DNA of 64,000 bases, taken from positions 56,796 to 120,795 of the forward strand of contig JAZLKX010000001.1 in NCBI GenBank assembly GCA_045597865.1, written 5' to 3'. Below, piece by piece: positions 40,267 to 50,602 of the stretch. Under the pieces are notes generated by a model. The model saw nothing but the letters and a program-made list of their open reading frames with translations, did no database searches and was not told where the DNA came from. Within the stretch, counting starts at the first letter, position 1. Each line of letters begins with the position of its first letter. Made by a program: the position numbers and the translations under genes. This DNA is from Bacilli bacterium. Its GTDB lineage: Bacteria; Bacillota_I; Bacilli_A; RFN20; CAG-826.

Positions 40267-40421
40267 TTATCAAAATCTATAGACTTAAAACAAATTGAAT
40301 CTGATTCATTTGTAATGAGTTGAACAGTGGTGAGAGTCATTCTCACTTTTTATTTGCAAAGTATAAAAAAAGCAGGCGCCCCGAAACTTAATTCGTACTT
40401 AGCCTGCTTTAATATATAGTA

Positions 40422-40742
40422 CTATTTATTAATTAATTCTTCAAGATTTCTCTTTGAATACATTATTCTAAGAATAACAACTTTGCTGAACATTTCATTA
40501 ATGTTATAGAATACTAGATAATTGTCTACTAACATTTGATGAATGTGTTTCTCTTTCCATGGCGAGAAACTAACTTCTTTATGTCTTGATGGAAGAGTGC
40601 TTAAGTCATCAATAGAGTCCCTAATCTTTTCGATTTGTTTTTTGGCGTTTATTTCTTCTTTTAAATCATCCGCGATATAGTGGTGGATGCTTAAAAGATC
40701 GTCGAATGCTTCGCTAGTGTAATAAACGTCAAATACTTTCAT
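40422..40742 (-). CDS. RelE/ParE family toxin
   Basis: V.YT.EA.DDL..I..YI...L, NYLVFY, ILRIMY.KR. Confidence 0.85.
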   Translation of the reverse strand: MKVFDVYYTSEAFDDLLSIHHYIADDLKEEINAKKQIEKIRDSIDDLSTLPSRHKEVSFSPWKEKHIHQMLVDNYLVFYNINEMFSKVVILRIMYSKRNLEELINK

Positions 40743-40743
40743 T

Positions 40744-41046
40744 TTAAATACCTAATTCCTTTTTGAGTTTGCGATCAACTTGTTTGCTTGATAAGACGCG
40801 TCCTTCTTCGACATCTTGAATTCCTTTTTGAAGTTCTAAATCAAATTGTTCTTTAGACAAATTTTCAACTGCAACTGGTTTGCTTTCTGGAAACTTAATT
40901 TCAAAAGGTATTCCTTTTCTTAGTTTAATTTGAGCATAGAGCATTTGAATTAAAGCTGATGGGGTGACTCCTAATGTTGTTAAGATGTCTTCGACATCTC
41001 CCTTTAAAGTTGGATCAATCCTTGCGTATACTGCTGAGTTTGCCAT
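40744..41046 (-). CDS. RelB/DinJ family antitoxin
   Basis: MANSAVYARIDP.LK...IL..LG...GIPF; ATG 41046 after AGGAGA. Confidence 0.85.
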   Translation of the reverse strand: MANSAVYARIDPTLKGDVEDILTTLGVTPSALIQMLYAQIKLRKGIPFEIKFPESKPVAVENLSKEQFDLELQKGIQDVEEGRVLSSKQVDRKLKKELGI

Positions 41047-41125
41047 AATATTTCTCCTTCTTGTCAAAATAAGTATATCATAATTGATTGTAATTGCAAT
41101 ACAATAGCAAGCAATTGCAAGCATT

Positions 41126-41183
41126 TTGGCTTGGAAAAAGTGTAAAATCAATCTGTAATTGGCTTGGAAAAAGTGTAAAATCA
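41126..41183. repeat. 25-bp direct repeat, 33-bp period
   Basis: TTGGCTTGGAAAAAGTGTAAAATCA at 41126-41150 and 41159-41183. Confidence 0.9.
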
Positions 41184-41246
41184 CTATAATTAATATATTT
41201 TTATGTCTTGTTAACAATAAATTGTTTTTAACTATAAGCAAAAATA

Positions 41247-41984
41247 ATGTATGATATCTCTAATATGAAAGCTAACTACAAGTTTGCAGATACAGTATTT
41301 GAAATAGAGTCATGCTTTGACTATTTTGGTAAGTTTGCTAAAGAATATGTAGTGGATGAAGAAGCATCCATTAAGCTTTCATCAACTAAAGAACAAGTAG
41401 AAACCTGGAAAGAATCACATAGTGATTGTGAAGGTTTCTCACTTGATTATATTGAAACACTTGTTATTCATTCTTTAGTAGCTCAATCACTAGCGAAAGA
41501 AAACAAGTTCATTATTCATGGTTCATCCATATATGTAGATGATCCAAGTAATGGTTATATCTTTGTCGCTCCAAGTGGAACAGGTAAATCAACCCATGTT
41601 AGATTACTTAAGAAAATGTATGGTAATCGCATTAACTATGTTAACGACGACAAACCATTCATTTTTGCTTCTAAAGATGGCTTTGAACTCTATGGTTCAC
41701 CATGGAACGGAAAAGAACATCTTGGAAACAATCTAAAAGCCCAATTAAAGGGCGTATTTGTTGTTTCCCGTTCAAATACTAATAAAGTAAGTAAACTAAG
41801 CCCTAAAGAGGCTATAAAGCATCTTATAAAGCAATTACATATTCCTTTAGGAATAGAAGAAACAGCAAATGCTACAAATGCTTTAATTAAGTTATGTGAA
41901 TCTCTTCCAGTGTATCTACTTGAAGTTAATATGGAAGAAGATGCTGCTAAAGTAAGTTTTGACATCATGTCCAAAGGAGATTAA
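41247..41984 (+). CDS. HPr-kinase-like P-loop kinase
   Basis: IHGS...G..F.APSGTGKSTH, VNDD, GSPW.GK; start may be ATG 41265. Confidence 0.75.
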   Translation: MYDISNMKANYKFADTVFEIESCFDYFGKFAKEYVVDEEASIKLSSTKEQVETWKESHSDCEGFSLDYIETLVIHSLVAQSLAKENKFIIHGSSIYVDDPSNGYIFVAPSGTGKSTHVRLLKKMYGNRINYVNDDKPFIFASKDGFELYGSPWNGKEHLGNNLKAQLKGVFVVSRSNTNKVSKLSPKEAIKHLIKQLHIPLGIEETANATNALIKLCESLPVYLLEVNMEEDAAKVSFDIMSKGD

Positions 41985-41991
41985 TAAGACT

Positions 41992-42261
41992 ATGAGAATT
42001 AAACAAGGAATCATTGTTCAAAAGATTGAAGATGAATATGTACTTATTGACTCTGGAGTAGTAGAGCCAGCATTCCATGGCATGATCAAGTTAAATGCTA
42101 TGGGCAAAGAAATAGTGGATATTCTTTCAAAACAAGATATGTCACTTGATGAACTAGTAAGAGCATTACTTGTGAAATATGAAGCATCATATGAAGAAGT
42201 GTACACATCAGTTCAACAATTCATTATGACCTTATCTAACACACCAGTTTTGATTAAATAA
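41992..42261 (+). CDS. PqqD-family RiPP recognition element (RRE)
   Basis: ~89 aa; MRIKQG......EYVLI......F.GMI.LN..G..I...L.....ELV..L..KYE pattern; AAGGAG RBS. Confidence 0.8.
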   Translation: MRIKQGIIVQKIEDEYVLIDSGVVEPAFHGMIKLNAMGKEIVDILSKQDMSLDELVRALLVKYEASYEEVYTSVQQFIMTLSNTPVLIK

Positions 42262-42263
42262 AT

Positions 42264-43841
42264 ATGAAAAAATTAAGCATTAAAGAAGCCCTAGAAAAGA
42301 ATGGATTCATCATCTATCCTTTTGAGGGTGCTTCAATGCTTCCATTACTTGTCGAAAATGAAGACAAAGTTCACATCAAAAAAGATGAAAATTTTGAAGT
42401 GAATGATGTCGTTTTATTCGAGCCATCTAAGAACCATTTTGTGCTCCACAGAATCATCGAAATTAAGGATGATAAATACTACATTATTGGAGATAACGCT
42501 AGTAAGCTTGATGTAATCGAAAAATCAAAAATACTTGGGAAAATGGTGGGATTTTACAAGAAAACAGAATATTTCGAGTTAGACAGAAAAGAATATATTG
42601 AGTACGTAAATCAACTTTTATTCAGCAACGAATTTAACAAAAATGAGCTTCTAAAAGATCCTGAAGATTTCTTCTTTTCTCGTCAAATGAATGCTCTTTT
42701 TGAGATCATCAATTTAGAGATAAATAATGAGCTAAAAAATCCAGATAAAATTAACCAACTTTTAAGCTTCGAAAAGCATGAATTTTTCACGTTAATTAAG
42801 GAGAAAAAAGCTCTCCATTATTTAGGCCTTGCTGTGTCTAAATTTGGAGTGCATTTAACCCCTAAACTTGATAAGCTCGCAGTGAACGCTTTTGAAGAAG
42901 CAAAACTAAGATACATTAGAAGTGAAGAAGCGGTGAAGAAGGTATCTGAACTTTTCACTAGACATGGAATCAAACATGCATTCTTGAAGGGTGCTGAACT
43001 AAGAAAGTTGTATCCAGAACCATTCTACAGGATGTCTAACGATTTAGATGTCTTGGTGTCAAAGGAAGACTTCAAGACTGCTCGTAAACTAATCACTGGA
43101 GTTTTAGGAGGCAAATTCTATGCATCCACTCCACATGATGATTCTTTCATTGTAGATTCTCTTCTCATAATGATTGAGTTACATCATTCAATATCAACAG
43201 ATCTTCCAAAAGATTTGAAGTATCTTTTAGATAACACACTAGAAAACGCTAATAAGGTAGGTAAATACCAATGTGTGTTAACTAACACTGATATGATGCT
43301 TATCAATCTCTCTCATGCCGCTAAACACATAAATAATGGTGAGTTCTGGCTTAACATGCTTACAGACACATATTATTTGAATAAACTTGAATATGATAAG
43401 TCCAAAATTATGGATGCTAGACTTAACAAATTCCATCAAACATTGAATAGAATTATCTCATGTGCTGGCTCATACAATAATTTGGATGACAAAGACAAAG
43501 CATTATTAAAGTTCCTTTTTGCTAAAGGTGAAGATATTCATATGATGCTTCAAAAAGGAAAATATCATTCCAAATTTTCATATGTAATGCATCGTATATT
43601 TGTGCCATATCGTGCACTTACACCAAGACATCCGCTTCTTAAGAAAGTACCTATCTTGTTACCGTTCTATGAAATTGCAAGATGGATAGCAATGCCATTT
43701 AAACACAAGAAATGGACAAAGCACTACAAAGAGGAAATCAATGACTTCCAGAAGAAAAATTCAAAGGAAATTAATATATTAATTGAATCTGGATTAGAAG
43801 AGTATATAATTAGAGTAGATAAATCCAAAAATAGATTTTAA
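42264..43841 (+). CDS. S24/S26 peptidase fused to nucleotidyltransferase (NTP_transf_5-like)
   Basis: GASMLP (Ser), VLHRII (His), GDN; then LKGA.L..LYP...R.SNDLDVLV and IELH. Confidence 0.8.
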   Translation: MKKLSIKEALEKNGFIIYPFEGASMLPLLVENEDKVHIKKDENFEVNDVVLFEPSKNHFVLHRIIEIKDDKYYIIGDNASKLDVIEKSKILGKMVGFYKKTEYFELDRKEYIEYVNQLLFSNEFNKNELLKDPEDFFFSRQMNALFEIINLEINNELKNPDKINQLLSFEKHEFFTLIKEKKALHYLGLAVSKFGVHLTPKLDKLAVNAFEEAKLRYIRSEEAVKKVSELFTRHGIKHAFLKGAELRKLYPEPFYRMSNDLDVLVSKEDFKTARKLITGVLGGKFYASTPHDDSFIVDSLLIMIELHHSISTDLPKDLKYLLDNTLENANKVGKYQCVLTNTDMMLINLSHAAKHINNGEFWLNMLTDTYYLNKLEYDKSKIMDARLNKFHQTLNRIISCAGSYNNLDDKDKALLKFLFAKGEDIHMMLQKGKYHSKFSYVMHRIFVPYRALTPRHPLLKKVPILLPFYEIARWIAMPFKHKKWTKHYKEEINDFQKKNSKEINILIESGLEEYIIRVDKSKNRF

Positions 43842-43844
43842 TAC

Positions 43845-43880
43845 ATAAAACATCACTTACTTGTGGTGTTTTATTTTTTT
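43845..43880 (+). terminator. Intrinsic terminator
   Basis: ATAAAACATCAC/GTGGTGTTTTAT followed by a T run. Confidence 0.75.
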
Positions 43881-43942
43881 ATTTTTCTTACTTGAATAAT
43901 ATTTTTTATTTGCGATAATAAAGTCGATTGATTCTAAAGAAT

Positions 43943-46900
43943 ATGAAAAAAAGAATACTTGCATTACTCGGATTAACCTCAATTGCACTAGCTGCTAGTG
44001 TAATTTCTTTAAATAGCAGCAAAACAGCTCCAACAGAAGTTGAAGAAGTTTTCGCTGCAGATGATCCAAATACCAACTGGGGTGGTATGAAGGCCATTCC
44101 TTTCGGGGATAGATACGAAAATACTTGGACTGGTGAACCAAAATATTCAACCCAAAGTCCACTTCAATTCTCAACAATGGACATTGGAGATGTTTGGAAA
44201 AACTACCAAGGTTTTGAATCTGGAGACAAACCAGTTAAAGTTGCAGTTATTGACTCTGGTATTGATATCTATCACGAAGACTTTTTAATACCAGAAGCAA
44301 AAAATGTAAGTATCACTGCTAGTAACGTTAAAGACTATTCAATCTTAGATCCAAATAGCTGCTATATTCATGATACTTCAAATGGTTACTATAGTAGCAG
44401 TGTTAAAACTGAAGTTGGTATTGATAAAGCTTACGACACTGATACATATGATTCCAATTATAAAGAATATTATTCTCACGGTACTGCATCAGCTGCCTGT
44501 ATTGGCGCTGCAATAAACGGTGCTGGTGGTTTAGGTATAGCTCCAAAATGTGAACTATTAATCATTAGAATGGATTTCTACTTCACATCTTTAGATACAG
44601 CTATTAGATATGCTGCAGATCATGGTGCTGATGTTATTAATATGTCTTTGGGAGCATATGCTGAAACATTTACTGATGGTTATGGTGTTGAACAATCAGG
44701 TTCTAGCTCAGTCGCAAGCGCATTAACAAGCGCAATCAACTATGCTTTAAACAAGGATTGTGTTGTTGTTGCAGCTGCCGGAAACGAAAAAACAAATCAT
44801 AAATCTTATCCTGCATGTAATGCTGGTGTTATTGGTGTTGGAGCTTTAGCTTCAAAATCAAAAACAGGTGCTGCAGATTTTAGTAACTACAACTTAGATT
44901 CAGATACATCATCCACAAACAATAACGTTGACGTTATGGCTCCAGGCTATGTCTATACAGCAAACATGGATGCTAGTAATGGTCCAAAAACCGGTTCTAA
45001 CTTAAAAGATTCTTCATATCAAAATACTCAAGGTACATCATTTGCATCTCCATTAACTGCAGGCGCAATTGCTTTAGCAAGATCTAAATACCCTGAGATG
45101 ACACACACCCAAATCGAACAAAGATTGTTTGATACTTGTTCAGATATTGGTAATACTGGATGGGATAAGAAGTTTGGTTATGGAAGAGTTAATATTTCCA
45201 ACTTAATTGGTGTTACCTATGAAGTTGAAGACATCACATTAAATAAAACATCAATTAATTTATATAACAATTCAACCACAACAACATTAGTTGCTGATGT
45301 ACTTCCAGAAACAGCTACAAATAGACTTATTCACTGGTCTTCATCAAATACTAGTGTAGTTACAGTTCCAGCAACATCAAATGCTGGAGCAGAAATTACT
45401 GTTACACCTATAGGTGTTGGCACTGCTACAATTACTGCACGTAGTGATTTTGATAATACAATTTTAAAACAATGTTCAGTAACTGTTAGCTCATACGTAT
45501 CTTCTGAATTTACTCTTAGCGCACCTAAGACAACAATTATGGAAGGAGAGACAGTTCAAACATCTGTCGCATTCACTCACGAAAATCCAACATCAACTGA
45601 AATCTTATACGATACTTCTAATAGTAGTGTTGCCACAGTAAGCGACAGCGGTTTAGTTACTGGTGTTGGTGCAGGTACTGCAACAATTACAGCTGTTTCT
45701 GCTGATGATATTCAAGAAATCACAATTACTGTTACATTAGACCCAACAAAGGATTCAGCCACTATTGAGTTTGGTGATTGGCCATCTGGCGGTACAAGTG
45801 GTAGTGGTTCAGCGCTTAGTGTAACTAAGTCTATCTTTAGTATGTCTCTTGATAAGGGATATAACTCAGGAAGCGAAATTAGAAACTATGCTGGCGGAAA
45901 AGTTACTGTTTCAATAACTAACGGAACTATCCTTTCATTCTCTATTACAGCACTTTCTGGAAATACTGGTGGCACATTAACAATGCAATCGGGTGGTGGT
46001 AGTGTTTCATTAAATGGCACTACTATCAAATACCAAAGTGGAGCAACACCATCTTCAAGTGTATGTTTTAAGAATGGATCACAATTACGTTTCACAAATA
46101 CAACAATTGTTTATAAATCAAATATTGATCCAACCGTTCAATATACAGTTACATTTAACGGAAATGGTGGTTCAAATCCAGATTCTCAAACAGTTGCTTC
46201 AGGAACAATAATCACTCTTCCTTCATCAACAAGAACTGACTATACATTCTTAGGATGGTCAACTTCATCTTCAGCTACATCTGCAACCTATAACGGTGGT
46301 GCATCATATACAGTTGAAAGTAATATTACTTTATATGCTGTATGGAGTAGCTCCGGTGGTGGTGGAGGCGGTGGTGAAATTACAGATTTAGAAACCACAA
46401 CATACGGTTTTACCGATAAAAACTGGTCCGATTCAACCTCTTCCTGGAAATCAAATTCTGCTGGATTTGGCTATGATGCTAGTAGAGGAATTCAAAGAAC
46501 AGCTGGTACTTGCGAAGGCGAAACGAAAAATTCTATTTCAAATATTACAAAAATATCCATTAAAGCTGTAACTACAGGTAGCGGTGTAGGCACTTATTCA
46601 ATTTATGTTGGCGCTACACTAGTTGGTTCTTTACCACTTAGTAAAGATACAACTTTAAAAGACTATGAAGTTTATAGTGGAACACCAATTACTGGTAAAG
46701 TAAAAATTAACATCAATTGTACAACTAACTCGCTTTATATTAAATCGGCAACCATTACTACTGGAACTAGTGGTGGTGGCGGAGGAGGAGATACTCCTGC
46801 TACAAATTACACTGTTTCATTCAACGCTAATGGTGGCAGTGGAAATATGTCTAGTGCAACTACAACTGGTTCAAGTTACATCGTTCCAGCATGTACATTT

Positions 46901-49543
46901 ACTAGAACTGACTACACATTTAGCAAATGGGCATTAAATTCCGCTAGCGGTACACAATATTCAGTTGGTAGCACAATTACAGGTATCACCGGAAACATTA
47001 CTCTATACGCAGTATGGAGAAGTGGCTCATCAGGTGGCGTACAAATGGATCCTCATTACTATGATTCAATCACTAGCGATTTAACAGGAACAGATTTGTT
47101 ATCAGCATTAAGAACTCTTAACTTACAAAAGAGAACTAGTACAGTTGGCTATTCTAGTATGGGAACAAGCCCATCTGGACAATTTAAGTATACAGATTAT
47201 GACCCAACAACTGTTCAATACAATAGTGATGGTCAACCATATGGAACTAAAATCCTAAGTTTCTACTCAGGAAAATCTTGTGATAGTTTCAATCGTGAAC
47301 ACGTTTGGCCAAATTCAAGAGGTGGTGGCTCTGTCGATTCAGATATTTATATGCCAAGACCTACAATTCAAGCAGAAAACTCTAATAGAGGTAACTCTTC
47401 TTATGTTGAAGGTATGTGCCATAGTTCTGATGGTTGGGATCCAGTTACAGCCTTTGATTCAACCTTGGGAACATATTCAAATATTCGTGGTGAATGTGCT
47501 CGTATTATTTTTTACTGTACAACTGCAAACGGTTCTTTAAGTATTAAAGAAGGCGCAGACTTAAGTTATAACAATAGTATTGGTAACCTTTCTGACTTAC
47601 TTAAATGGAATTTACAATATCCAGTTAATGACCGTGAAATCAGAAGACAAAGCGGTGGTCAATATTTGCAAGGTAACCGTAATGCCTTCGTTGATGATCC
47701 AAGCTATGCTTGTAAAATCTGGGGTAATACAAACGCTGCAACAAGACAAGTTTGTGGTATCACAGATAAGAATTTAACATCAATCACTTTAGGTGGAAAC
47801 TACAAGACTCAATTTGAAGTTGGTGATAACTTCTCCTTTGGAGGAACTGTTACTGCTAATTATTCAAATTCAAGTCCTGCAGATGTAACATCAAAAGCTA
47901 CATATAGTGGTTATGATTTATCTACAGCAGGTAATCAAACAGTTACAGTTTCATATACTGAAAACAATGTTACAAAAAATGCAACATACAACATTACAGT
48001 TACCGATTCTACTCCAAAAGTAACTGGAATATCTTTAGATAATTACAGTTTACAATTAGATGTAATTGGAACAGTTACAGGAACTTTGACTGCAACCGTT
48101 ACTGGAGATGCAGGAGCAGACAAAACTGTTTCTTGGTCTTCTAGTGATACATCTGTTGCAACAGTAAGTGCTACAACAGGAGATTCAATCACCGTTACAG
48201 GTCATAAAGTTGGAACTGCAACAATTACTGCAAGTGCAGGAGAACATAGTATAACGTGCGCGGTATCAGTTATAGATAGCACGCCTGTGGTTCATAGTGT
48301 AACGATTACTAGTATGCCTGAAAAACTGGATGTAACTTCTAATCCAACAGGCGAAATAACACTTTCTATTGACGCTGATTCAGGTGCTGATGCAAGTGTT
48401 GTATGGGATTCATCTAACAAATCAGTTGCTACAGTTGCACCAATTGTAAAATCTGCTAAACGAAGCACTGGAGGAATTGAAGTATCTGCAACAATTACAG
48501 CAGTAGGCGCAGGAACTACAATAATTTCAGCGGAAGCTGGTGGCAAGAGTGCATCATATGAATTAACAATTGAAGATTCAACTCCACATGCTAATGGAGT
48601 AACTTTAGATCAGACTTCAGTGACATTAAATATTGGAGAAAATGTAACATTAACTCCTACTGTTTCTCCAAGTGACGCAATTGATAAGCAAGTTACTTGG
48701 GAGTCTTCAACAACTAGCGTTGCAACAGTTGATTCAAGTGGTGTTGTAAGAGCAGTATCTGTTGGATCAACAACAATTACAGTTACAACAGTTGATGGTG
48801 GTCATACAGCTACATGTAGTGTTACTGTTAGATCTTCTTCGGCGACCGTAGTTAGATATGAGTTATCTCCAGAAAATTCATCTGTACCATATATGACTGG
48901 TAAAGGATCAACAACAGTTAATTTCACCTTGTACGCTATTTATAGCGATAAAACTAGAAGCCCTGTAGAGGATTCAATTTCAAAGTCTATTACTACAAGC
49001 TCACTTGGTGAAAAGTCAGTTAACTATACATACAATGGAACTAAGTACACATCGAGTGTTAAGGTAACAAATAATGGAGCGTCAATTGGAGCCGATTCAT
49101 CATTTAATGCTACACCTGCTCAGCAAGCTGAGGCATGGGCAAATTACTTTATTAACATGACTCGTACTGAAGATACATGTCTTGCAAGTAGTGATGAAGA
49201 TAAATTAGCGGGTTTACAGGCCGTTTGGGGCGAGTTAAGCGCTGAGTATGGCTACATGATAGCAAACTCAAAAACAGCCTTCTGTTCTAGCTCTGCCAGT
49301 GCAAAGATAAAAGAGGCATTACAACACTATCAATATATCATCTCTAAATTTAATAAAAATGGCGTTGAACTTACTGACTTTGTTGTAGATGGTAATAACC
49401 AAAAACCAGCATCATCAAGTAGATCACTTTTGAACACAATGTTTAGCTTCGAAAATAGTGGATTTATTGTTGCAATTTTATCCATTATTGGAGTAGCTTC
49501 AATAGCCGTATTTGTGGTCTACAAAAGACGAAAAACATATTAA
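43943..49543 (+). CDS. Surface-anchored S8 subtilase + Ig-like/InlB-B repeats + endonuclease I domain
   Basis: Signal peptide; VAVIDSG, HGT, AAAGN, GTSFASP triad; Big_2-type and InlB-B repeats; NREHVWP, RGECARIIFY, QGNRNAFVD nuclease motifs; C-terminal TM + KRRK. Confidence 0.85.
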   Translation: MKKRILALLGLTSIALAASVISLNSSKTAPTEVEEVFAADDPNTNWGGMKAIPFGDRYENTWTGEPKYSTQSPLQFSTMDIGDVWKNYQGFESGDKPVKVAVIDSGIDIYHEDFLIPEAKNVSITASNVKDYSILDPNSCYIHDTSNGYYSSSVKTEVGIDKAYDTDTYDSNYKEYYSHGTASAACIGAAINGAGGLGIAPKCELLIIRMDFYFTSLDTAIRYAADHGADVINMSLGAYAETFTDGYGVEQSGSSSVASALTSAINYALNKDCVVVAAAGNEKTNHKSYPACNAGVIGVGALASKSKTGAADFSNYNLDSDTSSTNNNVDVMAPGYVYTANMDASNGPKTGSNLKDSSYQNTQGTSFASPLTAGAIALARSKYPEMTHTQIEQRLFDTCSDIGNTGWDKKFGYGRVNISNLIGVTYEVEDITLNKTSINLYNNSTTTTLVADVLPETATNRLIHWSSSNTSVVTVPATSNAGAEITVTPIGVGTATITARSDFDNTILKQCSVTVSSYVSSEFTLSAPKTTIMEGETVQTSVAFTHENPTSTEILYDTSNSSVATVSDSGLVTGVGAGTATITAVSADDIQEITITVTLDPTKDSATIEFGDWPSGGTSGSGSALSVTKSIFSMSLDKGYNSGSEIRNYAGGKVTVSITNGTILSFSITALSGNTGGTLTMQSGGGSVSLNGTTIKYQSGATPSSSVCFKNGSQLRFTNTTIVYKSNIDPTVQYTVTFNGNGGSNPDSQTVASGTIITLPSSTRTDYTFLGWSTSSSATSATYNGGASYTVESNITLYAVWSSSGGGGGGGEITDLETTTYGFTDKNWSDSTSSWKSNSAGFGYDASRGIQRTAGTCEGETKNSISNITKISIKAVTTGSGVGTYSIYVGATLVGSLPLSKDTTLKDYEVYSGTPITGKVKININCTTNSLYIKSATITTGTSGGGGGGDTPATNYTVSFNANGGSGNMSSATTTGSSYIVPACTFTRTDYTFSKWALNSASGTQYSVGSTITGITGNITLYAVWRSGSSGGVQMDPHYYDSITSDLTGTDLLSALRTLNLQKRTSTVGYSSMGTSPSGQFKYTDYDPTTVQYNSDGQPYGTKILSFYSGKSCDSFNREHVWPNSRGGGSVDSDIYMPRPTIQAENSNRGNSSYVEGMCHSSDGWDPVTAFDSTLGTYSNIRGECARIIFYCTTANGSLSIKEGADLSYNNSIGNLSDLLKWNLQYPVNDREIRRQSGGQYLQGNRNAFVDDPSYACKIWGNTNAATRQVCGITDKNLTSITLGGNYKTQFEVGDNFSFGGTVTANYSNSSPADVTSKATYSGYDLSTAGNQTVTVSYTENNVTKNATYNITVTDSTPKVTGISLDNYSLQLDVIGTVTGTLTATVTGDAGADKTVSWSSSDTSVATVSATTGDSITVTGHKVGTATITASAGEHSITCAVSVIDSTPVVHSVTITSMPEKLDVTSNPTGEITLSIDADSGADASVVWDSSNKSVATVAPIVKSAKRSTGGIEVSATITAVGAGTTIISAEAGGKSASYELTIEDSTPHANGVTLDQTSVTLNIGENVTLTPTVSPSDAIDKQVTWESSTTSVATVDSSGVVRAVSVGSTTITVTTVDGGHTATCSVTVRSSSATVVRYELSPENSSVPYMTGKGSTTVNFTLYAIYSDKTRSPVEDSISKSITTSSLGEKSVNYTYNGTKYTSSVKVTNNGASIGADSSFNATPAQQAEAWANYFINMTRTEDTCLASSDEDKLAGLQAVWGELSAEYGYMIANSKTAFCSSSASAKIKEALQHYQYIISKFNKNGVELTDFVVDGNNQKPASSSRSLLNTMFSFENSGFIVAILSIIGVASIAVFVVYKRRKTY

Positions 49544-49557
49544 AAATATATGAAACG

Positions 49558-49582
49558 AAACACCACTTAGTGGTGTTTTTGT
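49558..49582 (+). terminator. Intrinsic terminator
   Basis: AAACACCAC-TTA-GTGGTGTTT followed by Ts. Confidence 0.8.
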
Positions 49583-49657
49583 TTCGCTTAGTGAAAAAAA
49601 TATTAAAATAATGTATAAAATATTTGACATTAACTTTGTTATATTTAAAATATAAGT

Positions 49658-50113
49658 ATGCAAAGATTGCTTGAATTAGGCACCGAAATTAGACATAGAA
49701 GAATTGCATATAACCTTTCTATGGATGATGTTGCAAAAAAAGCAGGCATTACACGTGCAACACTAACTGAAATAGAAAAGGGAAATGAAAAATGTTCTAT
49801 TGGAAGTTACTTTAGGGTAATGGATATTTTAGACATTGATGTTTCTTTCATAAAAACATATTCCATACCAAAAAGAAAAAGAGTTACAAGAAGAAATACA
49901 GCATATCAAAAGAAGATTAATCAGTTTGTTATTATCTGTGTTGAAATGTATGCAAAACACATCAATAAACCATCTAACGAAGTATATTTCTTGTTATTAA
50001 CAAGTGGTTTATTAAATATACTTCGTGATGATTATGAAGATATGCATGGCTTTGGATTCGAATATATCAATGATTACACCGACAAATATTTGAAGGCGAG
50101 GAACTTGCTATGA
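49658..50113 (+). CDS. XRE HTH fused to DUF3791-like domain
   Basis: IRHRR...VAKKAGITRATL..IEKG; C-terminal F...CVE.YA....Y..L...G....L...YE.MH. Confidence 0.7.
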   Translation: MQRLLELGTEIRHRRIAYNLSMDDVAKKAGITRATLTEIEKGNEKCSIGSYFRVMDILDIDVSFIKTYSIPKRKRVTRRNTAYQKKINQFVIICVEMYAKHINKPSNEVYFLLLTSGLLNILRDDYEDMHGFGFEYINDYTDKYLKARNLL

Positions 50114-50601
50114 TTTTGTATCATGGATCTACAGTTGTGGTTAAGAACCCAAAAATATTAAGAGACGATAAAGGTCGCGATTTTGGTTATGCTTTCTATT
50201 TAACTCCTATAGAAGAACAAGCTATTAGTATGGCTAAAAGAAAAAAAGAAATGGATAAAATAAGCGGTATTAATTCAAAATCAATTGTTAATATTTATGA
50301 ATGGGATGAAAACATTGAAAATTTAAAATATGAGATTTTTAAGGAAACAAATGAAGAATGGGTTGACCTTATCGTTTCTTGTAGAAAAAAACCAAACTTT
50401 AATCATGGTTTTGATATTGTTGAAGGAAAAATAGCTGATGATAAGGTTGGAGTCTCTGTAACTCTTTATATTAATGGATTTATTGATAAGCCCGAGTTAA
50501 TTAAAAAACTTAAATATCAAAAGATTAATAATCAAATTGCATTTTGTAGTGATAAATCACTAAAAGGTATTAAATTTATAAAATCATACGAGGTTAAATA
50601 A
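50110..50601 (+). CDS. DUF3990 family protein
   Basis: MILYHGS, DFG..FYLT..QA, DIVEG.IADD, QIAF. Confidence 0.8.
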   Translation: MILYHGSTVVVKNPKILRDDKGRDFGYAFYLTPIEEQAISMAKRKKEMDKISGINSKSIVNIYEWDENIENLKYEIFKETNEEWVDLIVSCRKKPNFNHGFDIVEGKIADDKVGVSVTLYINGFIDKPELIKKLKYQKINNQIAFCSDKSLKGIKFIKSYEVK

Positions 50602-50602
50602 A

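Noticed and set aside
41047-41241. N-terminal extension of the 165-aa ORF 40744..41241
   Set aside because: It runs through the tandem repeat and promoter region; RelB similarity and the RBS start at 41046
46351-46790. GGT/GGC repeats in the surface protein
   Set aside because: They encode poly-Gly linkers, not DNA-level elements
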